This document shows, piece after piece, positions 8,763-17,896 of a DNA stretch of 64,000 bases. Below the pieces are notes generated by a model that saw only the letters and a program-made list of their open reading frames with translations, made no database searches and was not told the DNA's origin. Origin of the DNA: Prochloraceae cyanobacterium (GTDB lineage: Bacteria > Cyanobacteriota > Cyanobacteriia > Cyanobacteriales > JASJDA01). The stretch is taken from contig JASJDA010000003.1 in NCBI GenBank assembly GCA_030065755.1, positions 5,454 to 69,453 of the forward strand. Reading direction: 5' to 3'. Position numbers and translations under genes: made by a program. Positions within the stretch are counted from its first letter, which is position 1. Every line of letters begins with the position of its first letter.

Positions 8763-11700
8763 TTAGTAGACTTCTAGCATAGCAATTGTTTCTCGTGCTC
8801 GATCGTGAATTTCTTGTCCCACCTGTTCATTTTGCAACAAACCATTTAATTGCTGTCTTATTTGTATTGTAATCTCGTCTTTGTTATTTTTAGAAACCCA
8901 GCTTCTATCTAATACACATTTAGCAGCCAAGAAAAGACTAGAATAATTATTTTTTTCATTTTTTTCTTCGATCAGATAATCCATGAGTTTAACAAAAAAA
9001 CGTCTGTCGAGCATACTAGCAGTAAAACTAAGTGTTTCGTACCAAGAATCATCGTCCAATCGCTGGCTAAAAAGATTAGTTTTTAGATATTCAAATTCTA
9101 TTTCTCGTTTTTTCTCAAATTTATCAATCCAAGACCAAGCACAGAAAAATTCTAAAAAACTACGATGAACAAAACCATACTTATCATCACCATAAAAACA
9201 AAGTATAAAGCTGCGAGTAGTTAGTCTTTCTCGCAACCTTCTGGCAAGCAATATTGTATTTTCTAAATATAAGTATTTGAGATATTCAATGATAATATTG
9301 TCTAAATGTTGTTGGTTAATATATAAATTTTTCTGGTGATTGTTCGGAATGCTATCGGCTTTATTTTGAATTTCGTACGCTACTTGACGCAATATTTCTT
9401 GTTTATCTTTGTCGTCCAGTTGGTCTATAGTTGAATCTGAACCTCGATAGTCTTGGGGTAAATTTTTGTCATTTTCCCAACGATGTAACAGTACCTTAGA
9501 TGCTTCTTGATAAAATCTTACTTTATCTATAGCAAGTACGTCGGATCGACTTAAAATTGCCATCATTGTTAATAGCAAAGGATTTCCAGCAAGTTCTCTT
9601 AAAGCAGGAGAATTGTCAATATAATTTTGTAGGCGATCGCGTTTTAATTCTGCTTCAGTTTTATCTTCAAAAGAAGAATCATGCCATTTTTCAAGAAACT
9701 CTTCAATTTGTTCTTTGTTTAAATCTTGTAACTTAAAATGGCGAAAATTAGCATTTTGTAATCGCTGTCGCTGTTTTTGATAACCAATTATTCGCGATGT
9801 AATTATACTTCTTGCTTTGGGATATTCAACAGTAAAATTAATAATATCAATAACGACATTTTCTCTTTCTCGCTCGCTCAACACTTCATCTAAACCGTCA
9901 AAAATCACTAAAGACTGGCGATTTTTAAGCCATTGATGTAGTCCTTTTTGATTTAAATTACCCCCAATTACTCCTGTTCCTTTCTCTAAATATTCTAGAA
10001 AATTTTGGGATAATTTTTTTTGTTTATTTTGGATATATTTGCGCAATTGAATTAACAAAGGCAATTCTGATTTTGGCAAAGTACTTAGTGATTGTCGCGC
10101 CCATTCCAAAATTTTATACTGAATCAAAGTAGACTTGCCAGAACCAGTATCCCCTAAAATTACTACATATTTATAATTATTATCTGGATTAAATAAATCC
10201 AAAATTGAACAAATATTATTCGATCGTTGGCTATTTTCCTCACGGACATTTTGAGGAATAAAAATTTTCCATAACTTTAAATTATAGTTGGAGCCATCAG
10301 TAGCCAAACTATCTAGCCGAAGTCTACTATAAGCTTTTTGGATACCTTGCTGATAACGAAGTAGATCGAAATCAGGTGAAATAGGAGTAAGTCGATCGGG
10401 AATTTTGGTAATTGTCTTAAAGAGTTCTCTTAATTCATCAGACTCTTGCAGAATAGGTTTTACTTTTCTAACATAGCGCTTTGCTAACCTTTCCCAGTTA
10501 AAATCAGTTGGTAAAGACTTTAAATTAAGGTCATTCCAAGTTGTTTTTAGTAAGACAGTATCGAGAGGTATAGTTTCATCTGAAGAATTCCCCAGAGCTT
10601 GACTTATAGGTTTACCTAAAGCTTGTAATATTGATTTATCACGTATGAATTTATTTAGTGAATCGCTATAATATTTGACTTCATCATCATTGAGATCTGC
10701 ATCTTCTAATTCTTGCTGCACTAATTCTAAGAAAAGCTTTTGCGCTTGACCAAAAGCCTTTTGCAGAGGTTTTTCTTGAGCTAGAGAACCCAGACCTTCA
10801 ATGCTGTCCTTAAAAAAATCTTTAACAAGATCTTTCAAAGCATCCTTTGTTATTTTGCCAAGAACCTCTTTAAAAGCAAACCCAGCAGGAAATTGAATTC
10901 CCCACGCGACCAACAACCAATTTAAATTAGCTATAGTCTCGTTGCTAGTGTCTTTCAACTTTTCAGCCAACTTAGCGTAATCTCCCCCCAATCCCTCTAA
11001 TACTTCTAGAGATATTCGAGCATAGGCTTGTTGAACTACCTCCTTTTTTCCCTCTTCTTCATCTTCTGATGAGGTTTTTAATAAACAGACGCACTCTTTC
11101 AAAGATTTTCTTAAATGGCTTTCAATATATTTTGATATTGTATTAAAAATAAAGACAGAATCACTCAAAGGAGCATCATTTAATAAAATCCTCCTGATGT
11201 CTTTGTGCATTACATCAAATAGAACTAGATCGGGATTAGTATCTGTACTAATCTCCGTTAATGGTTTCAACAATCCTCCTAAAAATACTTCTGCTACATG
11301 AACTGATTGAGACTGAGGTAACAAAGTTTTTTGAATTAAGCGAACCACAGGTAAAGTTATAACAGGTGCAGCCATTAATAACCCTGCTAATTTCCTTCCT
11401 AAAGGAGAAGATATTCTCCGAAAACGCTCTATTAGTTGTTCTGCGCTTAATTGACTAACTCGATTTTGAGGTAACTGGGATGGTGGAGTAAAATCGGATG
11501 CTGAAGGAAAAACAAAACCAGCCATTATTTTGTCGTGTTTTCCTACTAAGAACTCACTCCAACGACTGGCAAATTCTTGTTCTAAGGTTAAAACAGGAAT
11601 TTTTGACCCTTGTTTTAAGTCAAAATCTTTCCATAGAAGCAGTTCGTGAATATGTAAATTTCGATTGGCAACTCCGCGATCGGCAACTACTGGTATTAAA

Positions 11701-12674
11701 TTAGCTAATTGCACTGCAGCACCTATTCGTAATCCGCTTCTCAACCACACGGTATTGGGTAAGATTTGCACAATAGCAACAGGCTGATGTTTTGTCCAAT
11801 TTGTAAAAGTTGACAGAAGCTTTCCATCAAACCACATTTGAGCCACACAATCACTAACAATTAAAATTAAACGACGACCTGTGAGATCTATTAATTCTTG
11901 AGGATTTTTAAACTGTACTTGTTTGCTAAATTTAGTCCTAATAGTAATTTTTCCCTGATTATTAGTGGTTAATCCCCAAGTGCGAACTTGCCGAAAAATG
12001 CCGTAATGTTCTAAGAGTTCCTTTAATTCATTAATAAGATGTTTCCAAAGCACCATTGATGAATTGTCATCCACTACTAAAGCGAGATCCAACCAGGGTT
12101 CAGTTTCACTTTTGAGAATAGGAATACAGATACTTTCTTCGACCGTGCGTTTTACTGTTTCTACTTCATCAAGGATGGTTTTTCTTCCAGACTCCACTCG
12201 ACGCATCAAAGGACGTAAAGCTTTGACCAATTCTAAGGGGTCTCTCAAGGAAGGGGGATCTGTATATTTTAGGGGTAAAGTTTTTCCATCTGGAGTTGGT
12301 GTTGTATTGGCATAAAGTGGAGTTGAGGGTTCCTTATCTTGAGTTGAGCGTTTGTCTTTATCACCCTCTTTATTAGTACCTGTGGGAGGAGGAATCGTGT
12401 CCGATTTATCTGTGGGAGGAGAAATCGTGTCCGATGTACCTGTGGGAGGAGGAATCGTGTCCGATTCAAAATCTAAATCTAGGTTATCAGATATGGATTT
12501 TCGTTTGTCCCCTTCTTGTAGTTTTAAAGCTAACCAGAGAACATCCGCAATCTCTTTTCCCGTCAAATCAAAATTGACATTTAAACGACAAATTAATTCT
12601 TTTAGTTTCTTATTTGCTAATTTTTCTTGAGCCATTTTTATTGTTTCAGTCGCTCTGATTTTAATGAGGTACAA
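8763..12674 (-). CDS. vWA-like (SAV_2336 N-terminal type) protein fused to a helical domain and a NACHT NTPase; effector of a vWA-MoxR-VMAP system
   Basis: EIADVLWLA, ALRPLMRRV, LALVVDDNSSM, LIVSDCVAQMW, HVAEVFLGGLL; then Walker A GDTGSGKST, Walker B IFDGLDEV, NPLLLTM, FVHRSFLEFFCA. True start may be the ATG at 12635. Confidence 0.85.
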   Translation of the reverse strand: MYLIKIRATETIKMAQEKLANKKLKELICRLNVNFDLTGKEIADVLWLALKLQEGDKRKSISDNLDLDFESDTIPPPTGTSDTISPPTDKSDTIPPPTGTNKEGDKDKRSTQDKEPSTPLYANTTPTPDGKTLPLKYTDPPSLRDPLELVKALRPLMRRVESGRKTILDEVETVKRTVEESICIPILKSETEPWLDLALVVDDNSSMVLWKHLINELKELLEHYGIFRQVRTWGLTTNNQGKITIRTKFSKQVQFKNPQELIDLTGRRLILIVSDCVAQMWFDGKLLSTFTNWTKHQPVAIVQILPNTVWLRSGLRIGAAVQLANLIPVVADRGVANRNLHIHELLLWKDFDLKQGSKIPVLTLEQEFASRWSEFLVGKHDKIMAGFVFPSASDFTPPSQLPQNRVSQLSAEQLIERFRRISSPLGRKLAGLLMAAPVITLPVVRLIQKTLLPQSQSVHVAEVFLGGLLKPLTEISTDTNPDLVLFDVMHKDIRRILLNDAPLSDSVFIFNTISKYIESHLRKSLKECVCLLKTSSEDEEEGKKEVVQQAYARISLEVLEGLGGDYAKLAEKLKDTSNETIANLNWLLVAWGIQFPAGFAFKEVLGKITKDALKDLVKDFFKDSIEGLGSLAQEKPLQKAFGQAQKLFLELVQQELEDADLNDDEVKYYSDSLNKFIRDKSILQALGKPISQALGNSSDETIPLDTVLLKTTWNDLNLKSLPTDFNWERLAKRYVRKVKPILQESDELRELFKTITKIPDRLTPISPDFDLLRYQQGIQKAYSRLRLDSLATDGSNYNLKLWKIFIPQNVREENSQRSNNICSILDLFNPDNNYKYVVILGDTGSGKSTLIQYKILEWARQSLSTLPKSELPLLIQLRKYIQNKQKKLSQNFLEYLEKGTGVIGGNLNQKGLHQWLKNRQSLVIFDGLDEVLSERERENVVIDIINFTVEYPKARSIITSRIIGYQKQRQRLQNANFRHFKLQDLNKEQIEEFLEKWHDSSFEDKTEAELKRDRLQNYIDNSPALRELAGNPLLLTMMAILSRSDVLAIDKVRFYQEASKVLLHRWENDKNLPQDYRGSDSTIDQLDDKDKQEILRQVAYEIQNKADSIPNNHQKNLYINQQHLDNIIIEYLKYLYLENTILLARRLRERLTTRSFILCFYGDDKYGFVHRSFLEFFCAWSWIDKFEKKREIEFEYLKTNLFSQRLDDDSWYETLSFTASMLDRRFFVKLMDYLIEEKNEKNNYSSLFLAAKCVLDRSWVSKNNKDEITIQIRQQLNGLLQNEQVGQEIHDRARETIAMLEVY
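12376..12465. repeat. 3 x 30-bp coding tandem repeat (SDTIPPPTGT-like) in the vWA linker
   Basis: TGTGGGAGGAG(G/A)AATCGTGTCCGAT recurs at 12381, 12411 and 12441. Confidence 0.9.
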
Positions 12675-12919
12675 ATTTCAACTTTTTAAATAACTTCTTG
12701 AATCAACAAAATAATTTTTTTATGTGCTAGATAAATATGACAATTATTATAGAGACCTTTGGGTTTTAACACCTTCACTTCCGTCAGTGCAAACTTTATG
12801 AATTTTAACTTCTGCTCTCGCAGTAAGCTGCTATTTATTTAAATTGCACTTTACTTTTTTAGTGCTGTACCCCTTACGGTCAAACAATAAAACTAGAAAA
12901 TTAAATGCATAACAGCGTA

Positions 12920-14122
12920 TTACCAATCACTTTCAGTAAGTGGTTTCATTAACAAATCTCGAAGTCTATCTTTTTGGTCTCGATCTTGAGGACTATTTTC
13001 ATGGGTAATTATATAAATCGCATTTAATAGTTGATCCGTTGCTTTATCCATTGTCTCTCCTTGCTCCGGAACAAAGTGCTCAATTAATTGATTGATTTCG
13101 TCAGTTTTTTCGTTAAATAAATCTTCTGTAAAATGAGCTTTGACAATATTTTCTAGTTCCGGAACTGTAGGATCTGGCATTTTCACTCGTAAACATCGCC
13201 TTTTAAAGGCTTTTGGAAAATCTCTCTCTCCATTACTGGTCATAACAATAATAGGAAAAGCATAACATTTTACTCGTCCTCCTTTAATCGTGACATCAAT
13301 ATCTTCATCGCTCGTTTGCACTGTAAATAAATTATCTTTTTGTTTATTTTTAGATCGTCTAACTAATTCAGCAATTTCAAATTGTCCTTCTTCAAATAAA
13401 TTTAATAAATCGTTGGGTAAATTAATATCGCTTTTATCAATTTCGTCAATTAAGAGTACCCTAGGTAAAAAAGACGGTAAAAATGCTGTTCCTAATGCTC
13501 CTAATTTAATATATTGTCCAATGGGTTGTTCTTCACTATGAGAACCATCAGGATTAGGAGAATTATTAGGAATATGATTATTATTAGCATCTTGGAGTCG
13601 AGCTATTGCATCATAGCGATATAATCCTTCTTGTAAAGTAGAACGAGCAGTAATTGACCAAGACAATACTGAACCTAAATTTAATTCATAAGCGATCGCA
13701 TAAGCTAAAGATGTTTTTCCAGAACCAGGTCTTCCTGTTACCAATAAAGGTCTTCTCAAATAAATAGCTGCATTAACAGCATCTCTAACTTCGGTTGCAT
13801 CCTTAGAATCAGAAAGTCTAAAATTTTTACCTTTTTTTATCTCTCTTTCTTTCTTATTTGCTCTTTCAATTAATTGCTCGAAGCGGTTTCTGTCTATATC
13901 TTCAGGAGTTTGTTTTTTTTCTTTTTCCTTGTCTGTCTCAGACTCACTAATAACAAAATCTTCTGTTTTTCCAAACTGTCTCCAGGGCGGAGATTCTATC
14001 TTTTTAATATTGTCTCGTAGTTTGTGAATGTCCTCTTCAGTTAATTCTTTTTCTCTTCCTTTTCCTTGGAATAGATACCATTCAGCCATAATGAAATCTC
14101 CTTGTCTGTATTTATCTATCAA
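12920..14122 (-). CDS. MoxR-family AAA+ ATPase (VMAP-system type)
   Basis: PPWRQF, VNAAIYLRRPLLVTGRPGSGKTS, GLYRYDAIARL, LLIDEIDKSDINLPNDLL, TSNGERDFPKAFKRRC. Confidence 0.92.
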   Translation of the reverse strand: MIDKYRQGDFIMAEWYLFQGKGREKELTEEDIHKLRDNIKKIESPPWRQFGKTEDFVISESETDKEKEKKQTPEDIDRNRFEQLIERANKKEREIKKGKNFRLSDSKDATEVRDAVNAAIYLRRPLLVTGRPGSGKTSLAYAIAYELNLGSVLSWSITARSTLQEGLYRYDAIARLQDANNNHIPNNSPNPDGSHSEEQPIGQYIKLGALGTAFLPSFLPRVLLIDEIDKSDINLPNDLLNLFEEGQFEIAELVRRSKNKQKDNLFTVQTSDEDIDVTIKGGRVKCYAFPIIVMTSNGERDFPKAFKRRCLRVKMPDPTVPELENIVKAHFTEDLFNEKTDEINQLIEHFVPEQGETMDKATDQLLNAIYIITHENSPQDRDQKDRLRDLLMKPLTESDW

Positions 14123-16299
14123 AATCCAGTAAATATATCATCTCCTGGATTAGTAAATTTATCATCTCCTAAATTTTTATCAAATTTAGAATGTAATCGA
14201 TGAGGATCGTCAAATAAAAAACCAAGATGATATCCTAAATATTCATTTTGTTTTTCTTCTGGTTCTACATAAGCATTTTCCCTAATAATCCTAATTGATT
14301 CAAATAGGTTTTCAGGCTTTTTAATATTATCAACGGTTAAAACATCTTCAAATTCATAATTGTCTATCTTTTCTTCCTCTCTAAGCTTTAAATTTTCCAA
14401 GAAATTTCCTCTTAGCCAAAATGCAAAAGGAATACCATGACGAAAAATACTAGTTAAAAATTCTTCAATATGACAAGTATAACTTTCTTCTAGTAAAGGA
14501 CAATTAATATTAATGTTAATGAATTTAGTTAGTTGTTTTCCTAATTTTTTCCAGTTGTAGTTTTTTTCTAGTTTCTTCAGACAGATTACTCTCTTTTTAA
14601 TAGTTTCTGGGGTCAATGAGTCTTGTAAATCACTCAATTTCTTCCATTTACTTAATAAACTATGATGATAACTATAACTACCACTATAGCGATCGTAAGA
14701 ACGGAGAACGAATTTGTATCTAGAACCAAACCACTCAGGATCGGATTCATTAATAGGAATTTTTTGAATTTCAGGGGCAAAAACAACCAAATATTTTTTA
14801 GGCAAAAATAATTCTATTGTCAATTCATTTACATTTTCATAAAAAACTAACTTTTTATTACTTTCTTCAATAAATTGATAAACCTTTGAGCAAATATATT
14901 CAATATCTTCTGAGTTTACATCAATAGATTTATCTTCTATTAAAGTAACTGTTTTTCTTTTGACTTCTTGGGAGTCAGACATTTCTTCAAAAATCAATTC
15001 GGCTTTAAATTCCAATTTAGACTGGTGATGAATATTTGGCTCAACTAAAATAAGTAAGTAAGGTAACCCAATCTTACAAATAGTTTCTTCTTGCCTGTCA
15101 TGTTTAACCTTTGATAACTGATTTAAAGTATTGCTATCTATTCCCAGTTCTTGACTTGTTTGATTAATCCATTGATTTAGCTCATTTTTAATGGCTAATA
15201 GATCGGATTGCTGAGATTCAAAAAGAAATTGAGCAAATTCTACGACTAACGGTAGATTAGATTCATGATTCCGATCTAGTTTAATTTCTAATAAAATCTC
15301 TTTGAGATAATCGAAATTGTTTTCTTCGGATAAATGAAGATAGTTTCCTTCAGGATCCTTACTATATCTATATAAAAATTGATAACAATAACGAGATATA
15401 TTGTGCCATTTAAGAACATTTATGATTTTAACAAATTCTTGCCATTGCGAATCTAAAATATCAAATTGTTTTGCAGATTTAGTCAAAGCAATTCTTGACG
15501 GTCTATTACCATATTGATCTTCGTAAGATAAATAAATAGGACCTGGATCATTTTCATGATCTGTTTTAAAAATATCTTGTACATTTTCTATGATTTTATT
15601 TATAGATTCAGTAGATAATAAGTTATCTTGTTTATTTAGCTCTTTTAGTAATATTTTTGAAAATAATCCTGTTTTTTCCTTATCAAGATTTATACTCGGA
15701 TATCCTTTTTCGGTTGCTAGTAAAACAACTTGTTTACGTTTTTTATCTTGTTCTCCGGAAGGAAAATCATAATTTGGTAATGATACCAATTCCTCAGAAG
15801 AATAATTAGCATAAGAATAATATTTAGCACAAGCATCAAAGATCAATATTTGCTGATATAAAATACCAAATAACTCTGAGTTTAAATATTCTAATAAAGA
15901 GTTTAAATTGAGATTTTCATTTCCATCATCATAGTAAAATCTACGGTCATTACGGCCAATCATAACACCGTGTCCACCCCAAAATATATATAGTAAATCT
16001 CCTTTATCTTTATTCTTTGGAATAACTTTAGTAATTGCTGTGCGAATATTGTCAAAGGTAGCTTTTTGTTTTTTATCCCATAGTGATTGTAAAGATTTTT
16101 TATCCTTTACTATGTCTGGTTTAGATAATTCAGAAATATACAGTTCAATATTGTTAATAGGAACTTTTCTTGTCAACAGCCAATCTGCAAATTTCAAGGC
16201 ATCTGATGCGGGTCCATCTAAGTCCCAGTCCTGACCCCGATCGTATTTTTCTATACCAACAATCAGTGCGTAAGTTTTTTGAGGCTCGGGTACATTCAT
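14119..16299 (-). CDS. Caspase-like (C14) peptidase fused to VMAP middle/C-terminal domains
   Basis: YALIVGIEKY, LDGPASDA, catalytic His (WGGHG) and Cys (FDAC); C-terminus IELFLP, FVLRSYDR, GIPFAFWLR, LFDDPHR matches the VMAP-C pattern. Overlaps both neighbours by 4 bp. Confidence 0.82.
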   Translation of the reverse strand: MNVPEPQKTYALIVGIEKYDRGQDWDLDGPASDALKFADWLLTRKVPINNIELYISELSKPDIVKDKKSLQSLWDKKQKATFDNIRTAITKVIPKNKDKGDLLYIFWGGHGVMIGRNDRRFYYDDGNENLNLNSLLEYLNSELFGILYQQILIFDACAKYYSYANYSSEELVSLPNYDFPSGEQDKKRKQVVLLATEKGYPSINLDKEKTGLFSKILLKELNKQDNLLSTESINKIIENVQDIFKTDHENDPGPIYLSYEDQYGNRPSRIALTKSAKQFDILDSQWQEFVKIINVLKWHNISRYCYQFLYRYSKDPEGNYLHLSEENNFDYLKEILLEIKLDRNHESNLPLVVEFAQFLFESQQSDLLAIKNELNQWINQTSQELGIDSNTLNQLSKVKHDRQEETICKIGLPYLLILVEPNIHHQSKLEFKAELIFEEMSDSQEVKRKTVTLIEDKSIDVNSEDIEYICSKVYQFIEESNKKLVFYENVNELTIELFLPKKYLVVFAPEIQKIPINESDPEWFGSRYKFVLRSYDRYSGSYSYHHSLLSKWKKLSDLQDSLTPETIKKRVICLKKLEKNYNWKKLGKQLTKFINININCPLLEESYTCHIEEFLTSIFRHGIPFAFWLRGNFLENLKLREEEKIDNYEFEDVLTVDNIKKPENLFESIRIIRENAYVEPEEKQNEYLGYHLGFLFDDPHRLHSKFDKNLGDDKFTNPGDDIFTGF

Positions 16300-17507
16300 A
16301 ATTTTCTAATCCTATTTGCAATTGCTTCCCATGTAGCATCATTTTCCCAATAACCACCATGAGAGTGGGGAAAAGGAAGCTTATTATCAACAGGAATATC
16401 TTGCACTCTGTTCGGAAAAACATTTCCGCCAATAAAACTAAGAAAGTCATAGCGATCGTAGATATTTAACCATTCAGGAAAAGCATTAGAATCAGGTAAT
16501 GGGGTACCAAATTTTAAACTTTGCAGTGCATTAATTTCATAAAAATAAGGAACTTGAGAGCCAACTGTTACTAAGAGCTTAACTTTAGGAATTTTATTTT
16601 TAATTAATAAATCAACACTAGCAATTCCTCCTAAACTATGCGCAAGTAAAACTACCGGAGGTTGAGCATCTTTAATATAGTTCTCAAGCAAATCCCTAAT
16701 TGTTTGACCATGCCCTTGATAGAGTAAAATATCTCCAATCATTGGGGTCGTAATATCTGAAATTAGCCCTCTTTTTCCTGCTAATCCATAGGTGGGTAAT
16801 TTTAAGATTTGTTTTATAAACCAATTTCCAGGACCACGTTCTGAAGGCATAATTTCACTACTAATACTTTTAATAATTTTCTCTCTCTCAGTTGGGTTTT
16901 CCTCAATACTAGGGGGAGATTTTTTTTGTATTTTGTAAATAGAAATTGACTCAGCAATAATAGCTCTCGATATTATATCTCGATATTCAATTAAAGTATC
17001 ATCTGAAACTTGTTTGAGTGCTTCTCTATAAGAATTAGAGCTAACAACATTTTGATGAGCTTGACCAAAGACATCTGCAATTTCACTTTCTTTTAATTGA
17101 TTTTCAAATGATGTATTATTTGAAGGATTTAATTGTCTTACCTTCTCATCTATTATGTCACTGGGTTCTTTCTCACCTGGCCTAGATCTCTGTTGCTTCT
17201 TTGCTATTATCGAGAATAAACGTAATTCATAAAAAGAATCTAGAGATAGCTCCATCCAACGAACAGTATCTTCATTTACTGTAAAATCATTTCTAGTTGA
17301 ATCATAGAAAGGGATAGAAGCCCCATTAGCATTCAATTTAGCCCCTAGATAATTTCCCCACGAACAAGGAACCACTTCAATCTCTGGTAGTCTTTTTTGA
17401 AGTTCTAACTTAACTTTTGGAAATATTGTTTTTGATAATGATGTTTTTGTTTTTGATAATGATGTTTCTCTTACCGATATTCCATGTACAAATATTACTG
17501 TTGCCAT
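16296..17507 (-). CDS. Alpha/beta hydrolase (lipase/esterase-like)
   Basis: VIFVHGI oxyanion region, GDILLY, nucleophile AHSLGG, WLNIYDRYD, HGGYW (Ser-Asp-His triad). Confidence 0.85.
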   Translation of the reverse strand: MATVIFVHGISVRETSLSKTKTSLSKTIFPKVKLELQKRLPEIEVVPCSWGNYLGAKLNANGASIPFYDSTRNDFTVNEDTVRWMELSLDSFYELRLFSIIAKKQQRSRPGEKEPSDIIDEKVRQLNPSNNTSFENQLKESEIADVFGQAHQNVVSSNSYREALKQVSDDTLIEYRDIISRAIIAESISIYKIQKKSPPSIEENPTEREKIIKSISSEIMPSERGPGNWFIKQILKLPTYGLAGKRGLISDITTPMIGDILLYQGHGQTIRDLLENYIKDAQPPVVLLAHSLGGIASVDLLIKNKIPKVKLLVTVGSQVPYFYEINALQSLKFGTPLPDSNAFPEWLNIYDRYDFLSFIGGNVFPNRVQDIPVDNKLPFPHSHGGYWENDATWEAIANRIRKL

Positions 17508-17850
17508 AATTATTCTTTACTATATGCAAGGTAGACAAAACTGTTATCAGTATACATAATACTTGTGCAAGAACAAAAGTCTCGATCGAGATATATTTCA
17601 ACTCGATCTCTCTTTCATTGACCAGAACGCCAAAGCCTTGCCGAAAGGTCAATTAGTTCCAAAAAGAGCGATCGGTGTGGAGTAAATCTATATCAACAAA
17701 ATTTAACAATATCTTTTATATTTTTTTAATGGCAATTTTTTTCTTAACACCTTTTTCCTAACTAAGAGTATTAACTTTTCTAAAGGGAAAATAACAAAAG
17801 AGAGAATTTTACAGGTGTTATATAGACTTAGGGATACAGATAAAAAAATA

Positions 17851-17870
17851 AGCACCAAGATCTTGGTGCT
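17851..17870. promoter_or_regulatory. Perfect 20-bp palindrome upstream of the hisD paralogue
   Basis: AGCACCAAGATCTTGGTGCT, about 16 nt before the GGAGG RBS. Function unknown. Confidence 0.4.
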
Positions 17871-17896
17871 ATTTCTAGTGTTCCCAGGAGGAAGGC

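Noticed and set aside
12376-12465. 30-bp repeats as a mini-CRISPR
   Set aside because: Contiguous coding repeats inside a long ORF with only about 5 variable nt between conserved blocks.
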